This document shows, piece by piece, positions 45,038-57,600 of a DNA stretch of 64,000 nucleotides (positions within the stretch are counted from its first letter, which is position 1; every line of letters begins with the position of its first letter). The notes beneath the pieces are model-generated. The model saw nothing but the letters and a program-made list of their open reading frames with translations, made no database searches and was not told the origin of the DNA. The stretch lies in the NCBI GenBank assembly GCA_964199315.1, contig OZ116704.1, positions 30,504,001-30,568,000 on the forward strand, given 5' to 3'. The DNA comes from Orbicella franksi (lineage: Eukaryota). A program made the position numbers and the translations under genes.

Positions 45038-48000
45038 CTACAGCCTGCTGTCTCTGTTTTGAACGTCCTTGGTTGTGTCATTTTCTTGTAATGTACAAGC
45101 AGCAGCCACTTCTTCCACATTTGTGTACAGGCTCGATTCATACTTTGACATGTCCAGGTCAACGTAATGCTAAACAAAAAATGAAATAAAGAAATTATTG
45201 CAGTATGACTCAAAACTGTTACAAGAGTATTTACTTCAAAACTCTCTTCATGTGCCAGACAACGAAAGAGAGGGGCTAGCTGTCGCAGACTGAAATCTTA
45301 TGCCTCGCCTTGTAATCTAAAAAGCATTAAGTCTCAGTGAAGATCCCCAAGAGCTTAAAAGGGATGAGCCCCTGGGGTGGGGGGAAGGGAGATTCAATTG
45401 CGTAAAACTGGGCTAACAATCCGTCAGTGGGAGATGGTATGTACTCCCCCCCCCCAGCTCCTGCGTCCGAGTGTTAATATAACGTTAGACTATTACTTTT
45501 GAATTCCGGGGGGTTTTAGCAGCAGACTTCTTCATTTCAAAAATTTACTGATCCGATGAGAGTAAATTATCGTGATGCTAGTTTTTTGCGTGCTTGTTTA
45601 AGAAGCTACCGTGCACCTGTATGAAGTAGGTTCAACGCGTAACGCGCGAAGCATTACCTCGTCTTCCACGAATCTGGTTGTTATTTCGTGGAGATGATCA
45701 AAGGTCGGACGGGTGCTCGGATCTTCATTCCAGCAATCCATCATTATTTGGTATCTGTGTATTAAATATATTTTGGAACGCAAATACTTGTGGTAGATCT
45801 TGGATATTTATGTGATGACAAAAGTTGCAACATCATGCATGAAAGCTTGGTCTTTACTACGAATTATGCACAAGCACAAGCATAAGCTTAACGGTAGAGG
45901 AGACACCCATGGCACAAGCCCATAGGAACGTAGGCAAGCGCACAATGGATAATTTTATTTTTGGCTGCAATCTCCTCAATACAGACACAGACATAGATAT
46001 CTTACTTGGTCGCACACTTAGCTATGGTAACGGTGAGTCATACAGACTTCAGTGATAAGCAGAGTCTACAAGACGCACCAGCTTGTTTACACATAATAAC
46101 AAGGTACATCGAGGTGGCGGATTCTCGCTTATGCTTATGCTTACAGCAGCGCGCGTTCTCACTTTACACAATCATAACCAGTGACAAGCGCAATAAGAAT
46201 AAAACATTGTTGCTCTGCTCGGGCTGGGGGCAACCTCGCTAACGTAAGCTTATGCTTGTGTTTGTTTGTGCTTATGTTGTAGTGAAAACTCACCAGGCCG
46301 GCTTAAAACAAGAATGTCTAAAGTACTAAAATCTTTTGCAAGAAATAGCATGAATATAGAATCCCTCCTCTGTGATGGGCGTATCAGGGACTACTTCTTG
46401 CAGCATTTAAGAATTGTCAGCTGGAACCATTCAAAACAATTAAAAGTTGACATTTAGAATAGAATATTTTCACTTACAGCTCCTCACTGACATGTTCTGG
46501 TTGAGGCATACGGTATTTGTTCATTTTTAATTCATACACCACTTTCCACTCATTCCATCCTGGATATGGCACGCCCCCTGCAAAAGCGAAAAGTAGAAAT
46601 ATAGTTGTACTTGTTATTCACGCGCATTTATTTGTGTGAACGTCTGGAGAGTGGCAGCAAACTTTTGGGGGAGGTGGGGAACAGAATAGCCGGGAGAAGG
46701 GAGAAATAGCCCCCCTCAAAAAAAGTTGGGAGGAGCGCGAAATAGGGGAATAAGTAGTTCGGAGATAGAAAAAGAAATGCTGGGAGTAGGGAAAACTGAA
46801 TGGACCTGGATGGGGAAATAATTTAATGGAATATTTAAAGTAGGGAGAGGGAAAAGTTGGATCAAAAAGTAGGGAGAAGGAGGGTTTACTCCCCTGCTCC
46901 CACCACTTCAAACTGAGCCTTCCGCCTTCAAAAATGAAGTTAAGAACGAACAGTAGAAAAGTCTGGTAAATTAATGTTGCTTGTTCCGATAACATCTAGA
47001 ATATGCATGGGGAATAAAATAAATTACAAAGCTAAGCTGACTTTCGTCCAAAAAGAGATACCAGAGTTGAAGATTCGTTAATCCAAAGGTAGAACGAACT
47101 TAGTGATTTTTAACGCTTGAACTAGGAAATTATCATAGTCTCTTGTTGAAACCTGATTCGTTTACTGGAATTAATTGAGAGAAACGTTTGAGAGATACAA
47201 TTCCAAAAGAAGAATCCAATAACACTGAACGAGACAAAGCAAATCTACAAACGAAAATAAATAATAAAATATAGGAATAAACGAACGAGCAAGCAAGCAA
47301 GCAAGTAGGAAATGCTAAGTCATTTTAACTTGCAATAGAAAGAAAGTTCACCAATAAGTAGCGAGTAAGTGATGATAAATATAAAACTAACCTAATGTAA
47401 ATATCTCATACAAAACAACTCCATAAGACCACCTGTTGGTGCAATTAGATAGAACAGATCGTCAGTCATAAGGAAAAACAACAATAACAAGAGAACGAAG
47501 GCAACGGTTTTCTGCTAATGGCTTTTGTTGAACAACGATCATGTCAATTACAGGCCAAAAACGGGTGCGCAAATAACCACTTTAAGAAACAATCTGAACT
47601 CAAAATGATAGCCAGCTACTGAGGAATCAGGAGGGGGCTGGGAGGGGTTGTGGGGGTAGGGAAGAGAATACATGTCTCGTTGATCCCTGGATATTGGGCA
47701 TTTTCTCCCTTGTTTGTCATAAAAATATTCATTTTTCCCTAAAATAATTCGCAAAAATTCCTGTTAATAGTAGAGACATCCCTTGTTCCCTTGAATTGAT
47801 ACAAAAGATATCTCTTGTTCCCGTAAAATATACGATCCTGTTCTTTTGTTCCCTGAAACCCCTGGAAGGCCCTCTAAAACGAGGACGGGAAAATTAACCT
47901 AAGCCAGGAAACGCGATTGATTTTGTCGTTGCTCCCGATAGGTTGAAAAAGGTATTTGTTTCCTTTTTTCCTGGTTAGGTATACCACGTTTCGTGATCTT

Positions 48001-51000
48001 ATTTAATCTGAGTGGTAGATAGCAAGGGAAATATCATCGAAAATGCAAGTTTATGAAAAGAATTATCCGAGTAGCAAACTTTTCCCGTTGCTTCCATTTT
48101 ACAAGATAAAGAAGTTCATGTCACTTACAGCGTAAAAAGCAAACGTTTATAGCACATCTGCATTGTATGTAGATATCGACAGCTTTGGGTTTGTAATCCG
48201 CGCAGGTTGAAGGTCTGGTATTCATGGCTTGAATTTGAATAGCTAAATGATTCCGAGATCTCTTTTGTCCTAGACCACGCAAGTGGTCAGATTTATGACC
48301 CTTGAGCACGATAAAATGAATCTCTTGCCCTCGGGATATTTTACCATGTTGGACAGTTTGTTTCATACACGCGACAAACGATTTGTTTTTATATCTTAAG
48401 CAGGTCAGGCATATCATTTTTGTGGCCTGATGATGTTAAATAATGTCCGGGTCAAACACCGTACTTCACATGAGCCGAACCCAATTCAACCAATTAGGCT
48501 CATGTGAATTTCGGCGTTTGACCCACTAAGTTCGACTGATTTTATTTGGCCAGCCGTGAATAACGCCTGAAGACCGACTTTGGGTCAAACGGCGATCTTC
48601 ACATGAGCCTAACCAAACGCATAATCAAAGGTCTAAAGGCGCCATTTTGACTTTACCTTGAAAAACCACTGACCAACAAGACCGCTTTTGTTATTTGTTT
48701 GGTGCATGCAGCAGTTCGGTTCTACTTCTGACTCAAACAGGGGTATTTTTAATTATTTGACTCGACCCAAACTGTCATTAGGTTCGGCTCATGTGAGGTA
48801 CGGCGTTTGACTCGGGCTTAAGGTATCTGAATTTCGTCTGCAAATGTTCTTGCGAAGTTTCATGTATGTAGGAGATCACTTTAAGAATGAGCTATGATTT
48901 ATTAGCTTGACTTACACATCACTTTTCTCTGACACTCTTACGTCCTTTTCTTCTGATTCAGTAAACAAATGTTCAGGAGCCGTCCATTTGATTGGCAGGC
49001 GGCCCTGTAACATGATGAACAAAAGGGTATCAGGGTCATGTCTATCTTACACTCTGATTACGGATGGAAAGGTCTTGACTTGCGCTCTTGCTTTGGTAGT
49101 TTTGTTATAGACAAGAGAGAAATTCCCCATTCCCTGCAGCTAGTACTGACAATTTTCTTAAGAAATCTTGACAAAATAGACCTTTTTAGCTTGGGCAGCT
49201 TGTTTCCTATTACAGACCACGTTGCATTTTCTAGAGACCTGTTCTTTTATCCATCTAAAAATGACTCACTCATCCAGACGCGACTATTTGAAAATTTTAA
49301 AGCTAGAATTCTCGAGAGTATCATCATATGGTATGAAATGGGGTAACAAACCACCCAAGATAAAAATGTCTGTGCTAGTTGAGGGGGAACCTTTGACGGT
49401 CCCGCTCGGATGCTTTATTTAGGCAGACGAAAATTCGAACAAGTGGATTTTTGCTCGAATTTTGAACGCCCGCGAATCTAAGTCGCGCAAACTTTCGATT
49501 CGTTCGAAAGTTTTGCCCAGGAGAGCGAAATTATGATAACTATAGCCTTTCAAAATTTCGGTGAAATTTAGTCCAAACCGAAATTTTCTTTATCTTCGTC
49601 GAAAAAACCTGATCATAAGAAACTCCGCATTTCGCCAAAATTCATTTCAGGACTTTTTTGACAGTAAGGTAGTAGTAGATAATGAACCTACTGGCCATCC
49701 TGCAGGCTAGACGATAGCTTGGGAAACCTTTGATGAGGAATTAATCTTCCCATGCACAGTTTCAAACCTTGCCTTTCAGTGTTAAGCCTGTGGTGCCTTG
49801 TTAAAATTCCATATATAAAGTTCTCAAATTCGATTGAGTTCTTTCTCCTGTTAGTTGCTACATTTTATTTGAACATATTTATCTTTTCTATTCCACTCAA
49901 ATCGACTAGCCCTTGGTATTTTCAGAAGGGGCTATATGTCCTTGTACGTCTGCAGTTTGAAACGTATCGTTGGAGTCAGAATTATTTTTCATACCTTGTT
50001 GCTATTCCCTTCCGTCAGTGATTTTCATTCATTTGCCAAGTAAACCATATGTCCTCAAGGGTAAATTAAATCTCAGACAGCTTCATCTCTATAACGTGAA
50101 TTCCACCTTCTTATAGTATTGGTCCGCATTTCGGTTAGTTGAAATGCACACGCATTTGTCGATAATTTTAAAACTTACCTTTCTGATAGAAATGCAGTAA
50201 AGATACTGATATTTGTCTCTTATCAGCGCCAATCCAAAGTCTGTAATTTTACAAGTCTTGTCTACGCCCACGAGTATATTTCGGGCCGCCAAATCACGAT
50301 GAAGGATCTAAAAAAGGGAAACATATAAACTAAAGTTAAATAAATCACGGCATTACACGGACAACACGGGCTTAACATAACTCTAATATGACGTATCACA
50401 AATACATACATCATAAGAATGTGAAGGGATTGCTGCCTCAGGCTAGCTGTTAGCCACGTTTCTGCAAATTAAAATGGGATTTCTTGATACACCGTCTTCG
50501 CCGTTCTCCACGTATTTTTCAAACTCATCAATAATTCATCAAGTTTAAACAGAAGAAATCTTGACCACGACGATGTTTGGATATCTGATCTTAATTAGCA
50601 TAGATTTTTACGATTTTACTTCTCCGTCTTCTCCTTAGCTTTAGCTTCGATTGAGAAGATATATCAAATACTCAAAAACCTGTGACCACATTTCCAAACA
50701 CGTCGAAGTTCGCTGCGCATCGTATCTTTAACTCTTTTCTCGGTATTTGGAAATGTGGTCCAACACGGTCTTTCGTGTTTGATTTACTCACGATATGAAT
50801 GAATCCCAATACTGTAAGTTGTATCTCGCGTGGAAATTAAGTGGCCATTTTCTGATCATCTAAAAATATCAATACTCTCAATATATATGACACAAGGAAA
50901 AATAGTAATACGTGCAGCACGTTTTTCATGCAAATACCAAACAAAACGTCAAATTTTTAACTACCAATTCATTGGCAGTGTTAGTTGTGGAAATAGCTGC

Positions 51001-54000
51001 TAATGATGTTGTTGTTGTTGTTTTAGTACATGTTGAGGCTGTCTGTGGTTGTTGAGGTAGATGTTGTTCGTTGATGGCGTTCTTGTTGTTGTTCTGAATT
51101 TTGCTGCTGTTGTTGTTTTTATTGCAACTGATGGAATTTTTTCAGATTTATTAATAATTTATCGAGTTAAAACAAAAGTTACCATAACCATAACCATGTT
51201 TGGATATCTGAATATTTAGTTAGCGCAGATTTTATGCGATTTGATTTCTCCTGTTTCTCCTTGGTTTTGTTTTTGATTGAGAAGCATCAAACACGCAAAA
51301 CAGTGTTTCACCACCTTTCTAAACACGTCGAGATTCGCCAAAAATACTCCGCCGCCCGTCGTTTTTGAAATTCTCTTCCCGATCTGTTCATGTGATAAAA
51401 CAAGCTCCACCTTATTGCATATGTTACTTCAAGCATGAACACTACACTCTGCCATTTTTACGATTGGCACCTTTGTTTCTGCCACGCTATTTAAATTTAT
51501 TAGTTTAAACTCCTTGTGTAAGAGATGAACATGAATCACCTACCTTCTTGGATGCAAGAAAACTCATGCCGGCCGAAATCTGCTGTGCAAAAGAAAGCAG
51601 GTCGTATGACGTCACTTCCTGTTGACAACACTCGGGGGAACTGTAATACTTGTCTTCGAGACCTCGGCTTTTTCTTAGGTATCCTAGCAAATCCCCGTAT
51701 GGTGCATATTCCAAAATCAACATCATAGGAGCTAGAAATAAGTTAAGCTAATTAGGTCAAAAAACAAGGCATTCCTGCTGTGACGCAAGTGAGAAAAAAT
51801 GTCTAGGATGACACTATATTCTACTTTAATTAACCGATTTAGGTTGGTTGATTTTCTTTTCTTTTTTTTTTTTTTTTTCCTTATTGCCGTGGGTTTTTTT
51901 CATAAACTTTCTCAACCACCAGAATTCGCTAAACTGGCCGCTGAACTGGCCGACATTAAATGGGTAACTTTCCGATAAAATCATTTCCCTCTATTTTTGG
52001 TTATCCCATAATAATAATAATAATAATAATAATAATAGAGATAATAAAAATAGAGACATTTTATTCATTATGCAGCTTACGTAGAATTAAGGGTTTTCAC
52101 CATAGTCAACGGGTTACGCTCACGCGCCCCGTCATAATTACTGCACATAGCAATTAATGCATCTGATTTTACTGCTGATATAATAACTTCACTAATGTGT
52201 CGAGATTGTGTAGCCGAGGTATAACCTAATGGAGGACACCTAGCTAAAAAGAAATTACAAAACCTAAGAGTAACTTAAAATTTAGTCTATTTACGAGTAA
52301 AACAACAAATGGAGTTTTACACTAGGAGAGGAAAAACACAACTAATCAAATAACCAACCGCACACGTTGCTCAGCGTAAGACAACTCAAGAAACGTTCTA
52401 TACAGTTTTTTTTCTCGCAAGACGTGAAAAGATTGTGAAACATGCAAATTACGCGAAGCGTTTCGCATAAGCACCTTCTTACTAACTACTGGAATTTGGT
52501 TGAAAAAGTTTGTGGTAATTAGGTTTTCATTATTATATCTGACCTTCTGGGGTTAACGGCAAGTCGGTTTTTGTGCACTATGTGCATGCGCTGCCTCAAA
52601 TATCTTTGTCTCGGAGGATCTGCTACTTCAATTGTTTTCATTTTCGTCTTCTATTTTTATTTACTACGTTTTGTTAGTTTTAATTTCTTTCTCTTCGATT
52701 TATAATTGTCCCACAGTATGGTACAATCAATGTATCAAAAGGGAAAAAAATGCTATGTATTCAGTTTTGCAAATAGTATAATGCAGTTGTCTTAGTACCG
52801 TAAAGAATGTAAGTATCTGTATTAGTATCGAAAATAATGTAAAGTTGCTGTATGAATATTTTAGTACGACGAAAACAATGTAAGTATCTTTATAAATATT
52901 GCAAGTAATGTAAAGTAGCTATGTTGTATTGTAATCTGTGTATTCTAAGTAGATGTATTGTAATGTTAGCTACGTAAGTATCAGTGGTGTAAGTAATGTC
53001 ACTGGCTGTATTGCACACTAATAAAAGCTTATTATTAAAAGTCGGTTTTGTACTTATCCTATCTTACCGGATGTAGACACACAGGCCAGAAAGTTGACGA
53101 TATTTGGATGTCTGTCTCCCTCCAATGACTTTCCCAGCTCAATCTCTTGCGCTAAGGATTCTTTTTCCGGGTCGCTGCTGTTATCTGTTCACGAAACGAT
53201 ATTACATTGTAATTACAGTGAAACCTGTATTAAGCGGACCCCATATTAAGCGGACACCCTCTATTAAGCGGACACTAGCTTGCCTGAGTCCCTAAATTTT
53301 CCTCTCACATTTACTGTAAAATAAACCTGCATTCAGCGGACACCTCTGTTAAGCGAACGCGGACACCAATATTAAGTCAGTATGTTGCACAAAACCTGCA
53401 ATAAGCGGATATATACTTCAAGGGCATTTTACCTCTAAAAGTTCAAATGTGACTCCCTTAACATTGTTCAGCGATGTCGTTTTAAAGCTAAGTGATTATT
53501 CCAGATTGACGCATTGACTGACTGGATATTGTGCTATGAGCAGTTTTTGGAATTACACTGTGTTACACTGTGTTACAAAAGGGTTAACAACTCACTGTTA
53601 TTGCACAACATATTAGAACCTGTTAAGAGCGGACACCTGGTATTAAGCGGACACTAACAAGAGCCCTCAAGGGTGTCCGCTTAATATAGGTTTCACTCTA
53701 TACATAAAATAAATTAGAAGCTAGAGATTCAGTTGATAGTTAGTAATTTTGGGAACAAGAAATATGATGATTTATCTCAAAGAAACCAAGAGATTATTTC
53801 TCTGAGCAAAAGATATCTGCAGTATTAGCCAGAACTTTGAGAAGAAATCTCTCAGGATTATGGGAACGTGTATTTATCCATTCTATTCATGGTTTTTACA
53901 CAGTATGTTAAGTTAGATTTTCCCGACCAAGCTGACATTTTTTTTTTTTTTTTTTTGTCAGTTATTTTATAACCAGACATTCACAGTTTGTCCTTTGGAG

Positions 54001-54580
54001 GTTTGATCTATAAAAAAACAACAACATAAAAAACAAACAAATAAAAAAACAAAACAACAAAGTGGATCGTAGTTGAGTTCAAAGAATTGCACAAAATCAC
54101 CGAAATTTCGAGGATCAAATTATTAGAAAATTAGCACTAGCGCCACTTCCCTGCAGCAAGTAAAATCGTGATTAACAAGGACTTACGTTTGAGTTTTTTT
54201 ACAGCAACTGTTGTTTCCCCAGAGAGCCCTCTTAGTCCATAAGCCACAGCTTTCCACACTTCACCAAATGCGCCGCTCCCCAGGATGGTGTGGAGATCAA
54301 TTTGTTTTCGTGAAATTTCCCATCGCGACGGTGTTAACGAAAGGTAACGCGTGTCAGATTCGCTTTTAGAAAGAAACAATCAAGGAAAGAAATAGTGATA
54401 AGCTTGTTTGCAATATTTCCCTCATTAGCTCTTCAGTGTTTGCCGTGTTGTAATATCTGATACGTGTTCAGCGCGGGCAGCGACTCTCTACTTCTAACCG
54501 TACTAACTTTTGGTCTTTATTGCGTTAGCTTGATGCTTCGATCCGTTAATTAACGTTAATAGACCGTATTCGTATTCTCG

Positions 54581-54613
<33 letters not shown>

Positions 54614-57600
54614 CATCCGGGGAATATCACTAGAAAGAGAGAAGTGATTTGCATTTGAAGAGGATCCCCGTATTAGCCTCAGTTGCAAGCTAGTTCCAGT
54701 CCCATATCTGGAATAAGAATGTGGCCTATTGAAATAACTATACTAACAAACAAGAGCGCTAGGTTGTAAGAGAGTCAATCCCCCCATATAAGACTATATT
54801 CCTAAAGTAAGCCCTCCCAAGTTATTTTTAGATCCCTCCCGCCTTAATAAGAAATCCCACGAGGGTCTAGAAATAAATAGCCAATCCTGTCAATTTTACG
54901 CTCGTGGACAGCCCAAGCAGCTTTCCGGGAACGATTATGCTCTGCGAAAACGTTTTCTTATTGCGCGTTGTAACATCCTCTATTTTCCAATTGCCCATAA
55001 TTCACTCTGCTTGCCCCCCAAATTTTGCATAAACTATTGTTGTGAAATGCTCTTGGGAATATGCAGACCTCCCAAGAGTATTTCACAACAATAGTTTATG
55101 CAAAATTTGGGGGGCAAACAGAGTGAATTATGGGCAATTGAAAAATAGAGAATTGTCCGCGGGAAAGCTTGATACCATTTAAAAATAACTTGAGAAGGAT
55201 TACATTGAGATTAAGGCCTAAAACGGAGGCTAACTGTCTTATCTTTCGACTTCTCTTGTAATAACTTGAACAAAATGAGTTGCTTTACTTGGTCTGGGTT
55301 GATTTCTAACATTTGCTTTAACTGAATTCCCAGCGTCAGGGAAATGAAACCCCGTCCACGCCACGCCGGAGGAATTTGAAAACGGAGTTTTATTTCTACG
55401 GTTAGGCCTTCCGTTCACATTTATCCGTCACGAAAATGGAGCTTTTTGGAAAGGTTCTTCAAAGCGGAGGATTTTGAAAACGCCGGCCGGCCTTAGCGGC
55501 CTCCACGGCCTCCACGGCCTCGACGGTGTTTTAGTTTGGACGTGAAACATTTTAAAAATGAAGCTTTTCAAAAATGATGACCATGCGATCATCATGATAG
55601 TCCTCTGCGCTGCCCGAGCTTTACTCAAACACAAATCCAAAATGACCGGAGATTGTTGCTTTTTCAAATTTCTCCGGCGTAGTGTGGACGGAAAACATCT
55701 GAGGTGTTTCAGAGTGAAACCTTCGTTTTCAAATTCTCCCGGGGTAGTGTGGATGGGGCCTGAAACACATTCAATTGATCCAATACGATTACGACACTAA
55801 GGATATTTTAGTGGTTGCTTCCCGACTAAGGCGAAAGCTTACCTTTCAAGACCCAAATTTTCTTCATTTCCACGAGTATCGTCTTTCTGTAATGCTAGGA
55901 TAAAAATATCTAAACGTATAACCAATTCATTTCCTTATCAGATCTGTTATGGTTACTTGGCCTTTAACCATGCAGTATCAAATTAACTTGAATCACTTTT
56001 TATTAGTCCTCTTACTTTTAGAGAGCCCTAAGTCCCGGGGCCTATGTCCGTTTTTAGTACCGAAGTCCTTGATTAACAATTTATTTCTCTCCGATAATAA
56101 AATAGCCTTTCAATTATATGGGTCTGTTTCCGTGCTCCAAGATTTCCGTCTTCATGTTTTTGTTAGAGACTCGCCATTGTTGGGCGTGTGCCCTGGTCTT
56201 CTACCCAAAAGGATGTGTGCGTACATACTAGCCCTTTATGTCACTTATTGCTCACGAAATAAAATGATTTCATGGTTTGAATTACGTTTGGTAAAGTATT
56301 AAAGTCAAAACTCAGACCAAACTAAATAGAGAAATTCTTATACCCTTTTCCCCAACTAGTCGTAAAAGATCAGAGTCCTGTCTAGATAGAGTTAATAGGA
56401 ATTATCTTGGGACTGGAGTTTCATTAAGACACGTTGTTTAGTCACAATGTCAATGGTTCTTCGCTCGTACCTGAAACACGCCTCCTGTGGTGAACAAAGC
56501 AGACCATGATACTTAGGAAGAGGATACCAGAAATGACGCTCAAACTGATCACTGCAGCAGTATTGGTTCTTTCACTTTCATGGGCTATTGCAGTTGGGAA
56601 AAGAAAGACGTTACAATTAAAGAAAATCAGGCTTATGTTCAGTTTGATTCAGCTCTTTATCTGATACAAGCTGCTTTGCTACCAGTCTTTCCAACAAGCT
56701 AATAAGTGGACCCAATAAGCGTTAGTCAAAGAAGAAATACAGGTCGTAATAATGGTAGGTAATAGTAACTTTAAGTCAAAGAACGTGGGGAGTGAAACAT
56801 GCAAATCTTCCATACCAGAGGCACATAAATAGAAGAATTCCAAAGGCCCAGAAAGGTCCTACTTGAGAGGCTTTTCAACCTTCTGTAGCTAAGAAGGGGG
56901 TTAAAATGGGTTATCAAACAGAAATTGGAGGCGAAGTGTGCTTTAGTTCACTAGACTAGAACGGTCGCAAGTTGTTTGTTGCTCTCACTTCGCCAACTGC
57001 AGTTAACGGTTTTGGTTTAGCATCTGACAAAAGGGAGGTGAAGGAGAGCGACGTAATAGAGAAAGCTTTGGATGGCCTAATCTTGTAAGAGAACTATTTA
57101 TCAACATTTACCTCTCACTTGCAACTTGTACCAGGCATCTACTGGCCCATAATCGGAGAAATTAGCAATGCATCTGTAAATCCCTCTGTCTTTAGTAGAT
57201 ACTTTTTTGATTACATAGTAGAAATGATGGTCTTTTAAATCATTCGAGTGCTCATCAGAGCGGGAGAAATTAGCGGTCTCCAGGGTTTGCTTGGTCTCTT
57301 CTCGAATCCACTTTGCAGCAATGAAAACCCCTGTGTCTTGAATCTTGCATTGTAAATTCACTCTATCGTCAACGGCGAATGTAAAGTTGTCTGTTGCAAT
57401 GTTAACATGCGGTCTATCTTTGTCTGGGTCTAGGTATAAACCAAATAAACATTAGACATCTTTATATTGAGCACCAGTTCCCTAGGTGTACAATAGACCA
57501 TATTCGTATTCTCGGTATTGGACTGGAACTAGCTTGCAATAGAGGCTCATGCGGGGAAATATCATTAAAAAGAGATTAATGTCATTTGCATTTGAAAAGA

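Noticed and set aside
55843-55886. Shorter acceptor (ttacag) for the juxtamembrane exon
   Set aside because: It gives a stop in phase 1. The acceptor 8 nt upstream (tttttatcctag, 55895) restores the frame.
56011-56062. Candidate extra RTK juxtamembrane exon (aatcaag...aaaa|gtaag)
   Set aside because: Phase-incompatible with the TM exon (a stop appears in the required frame). The TM exon joins 55894 in frame without it.
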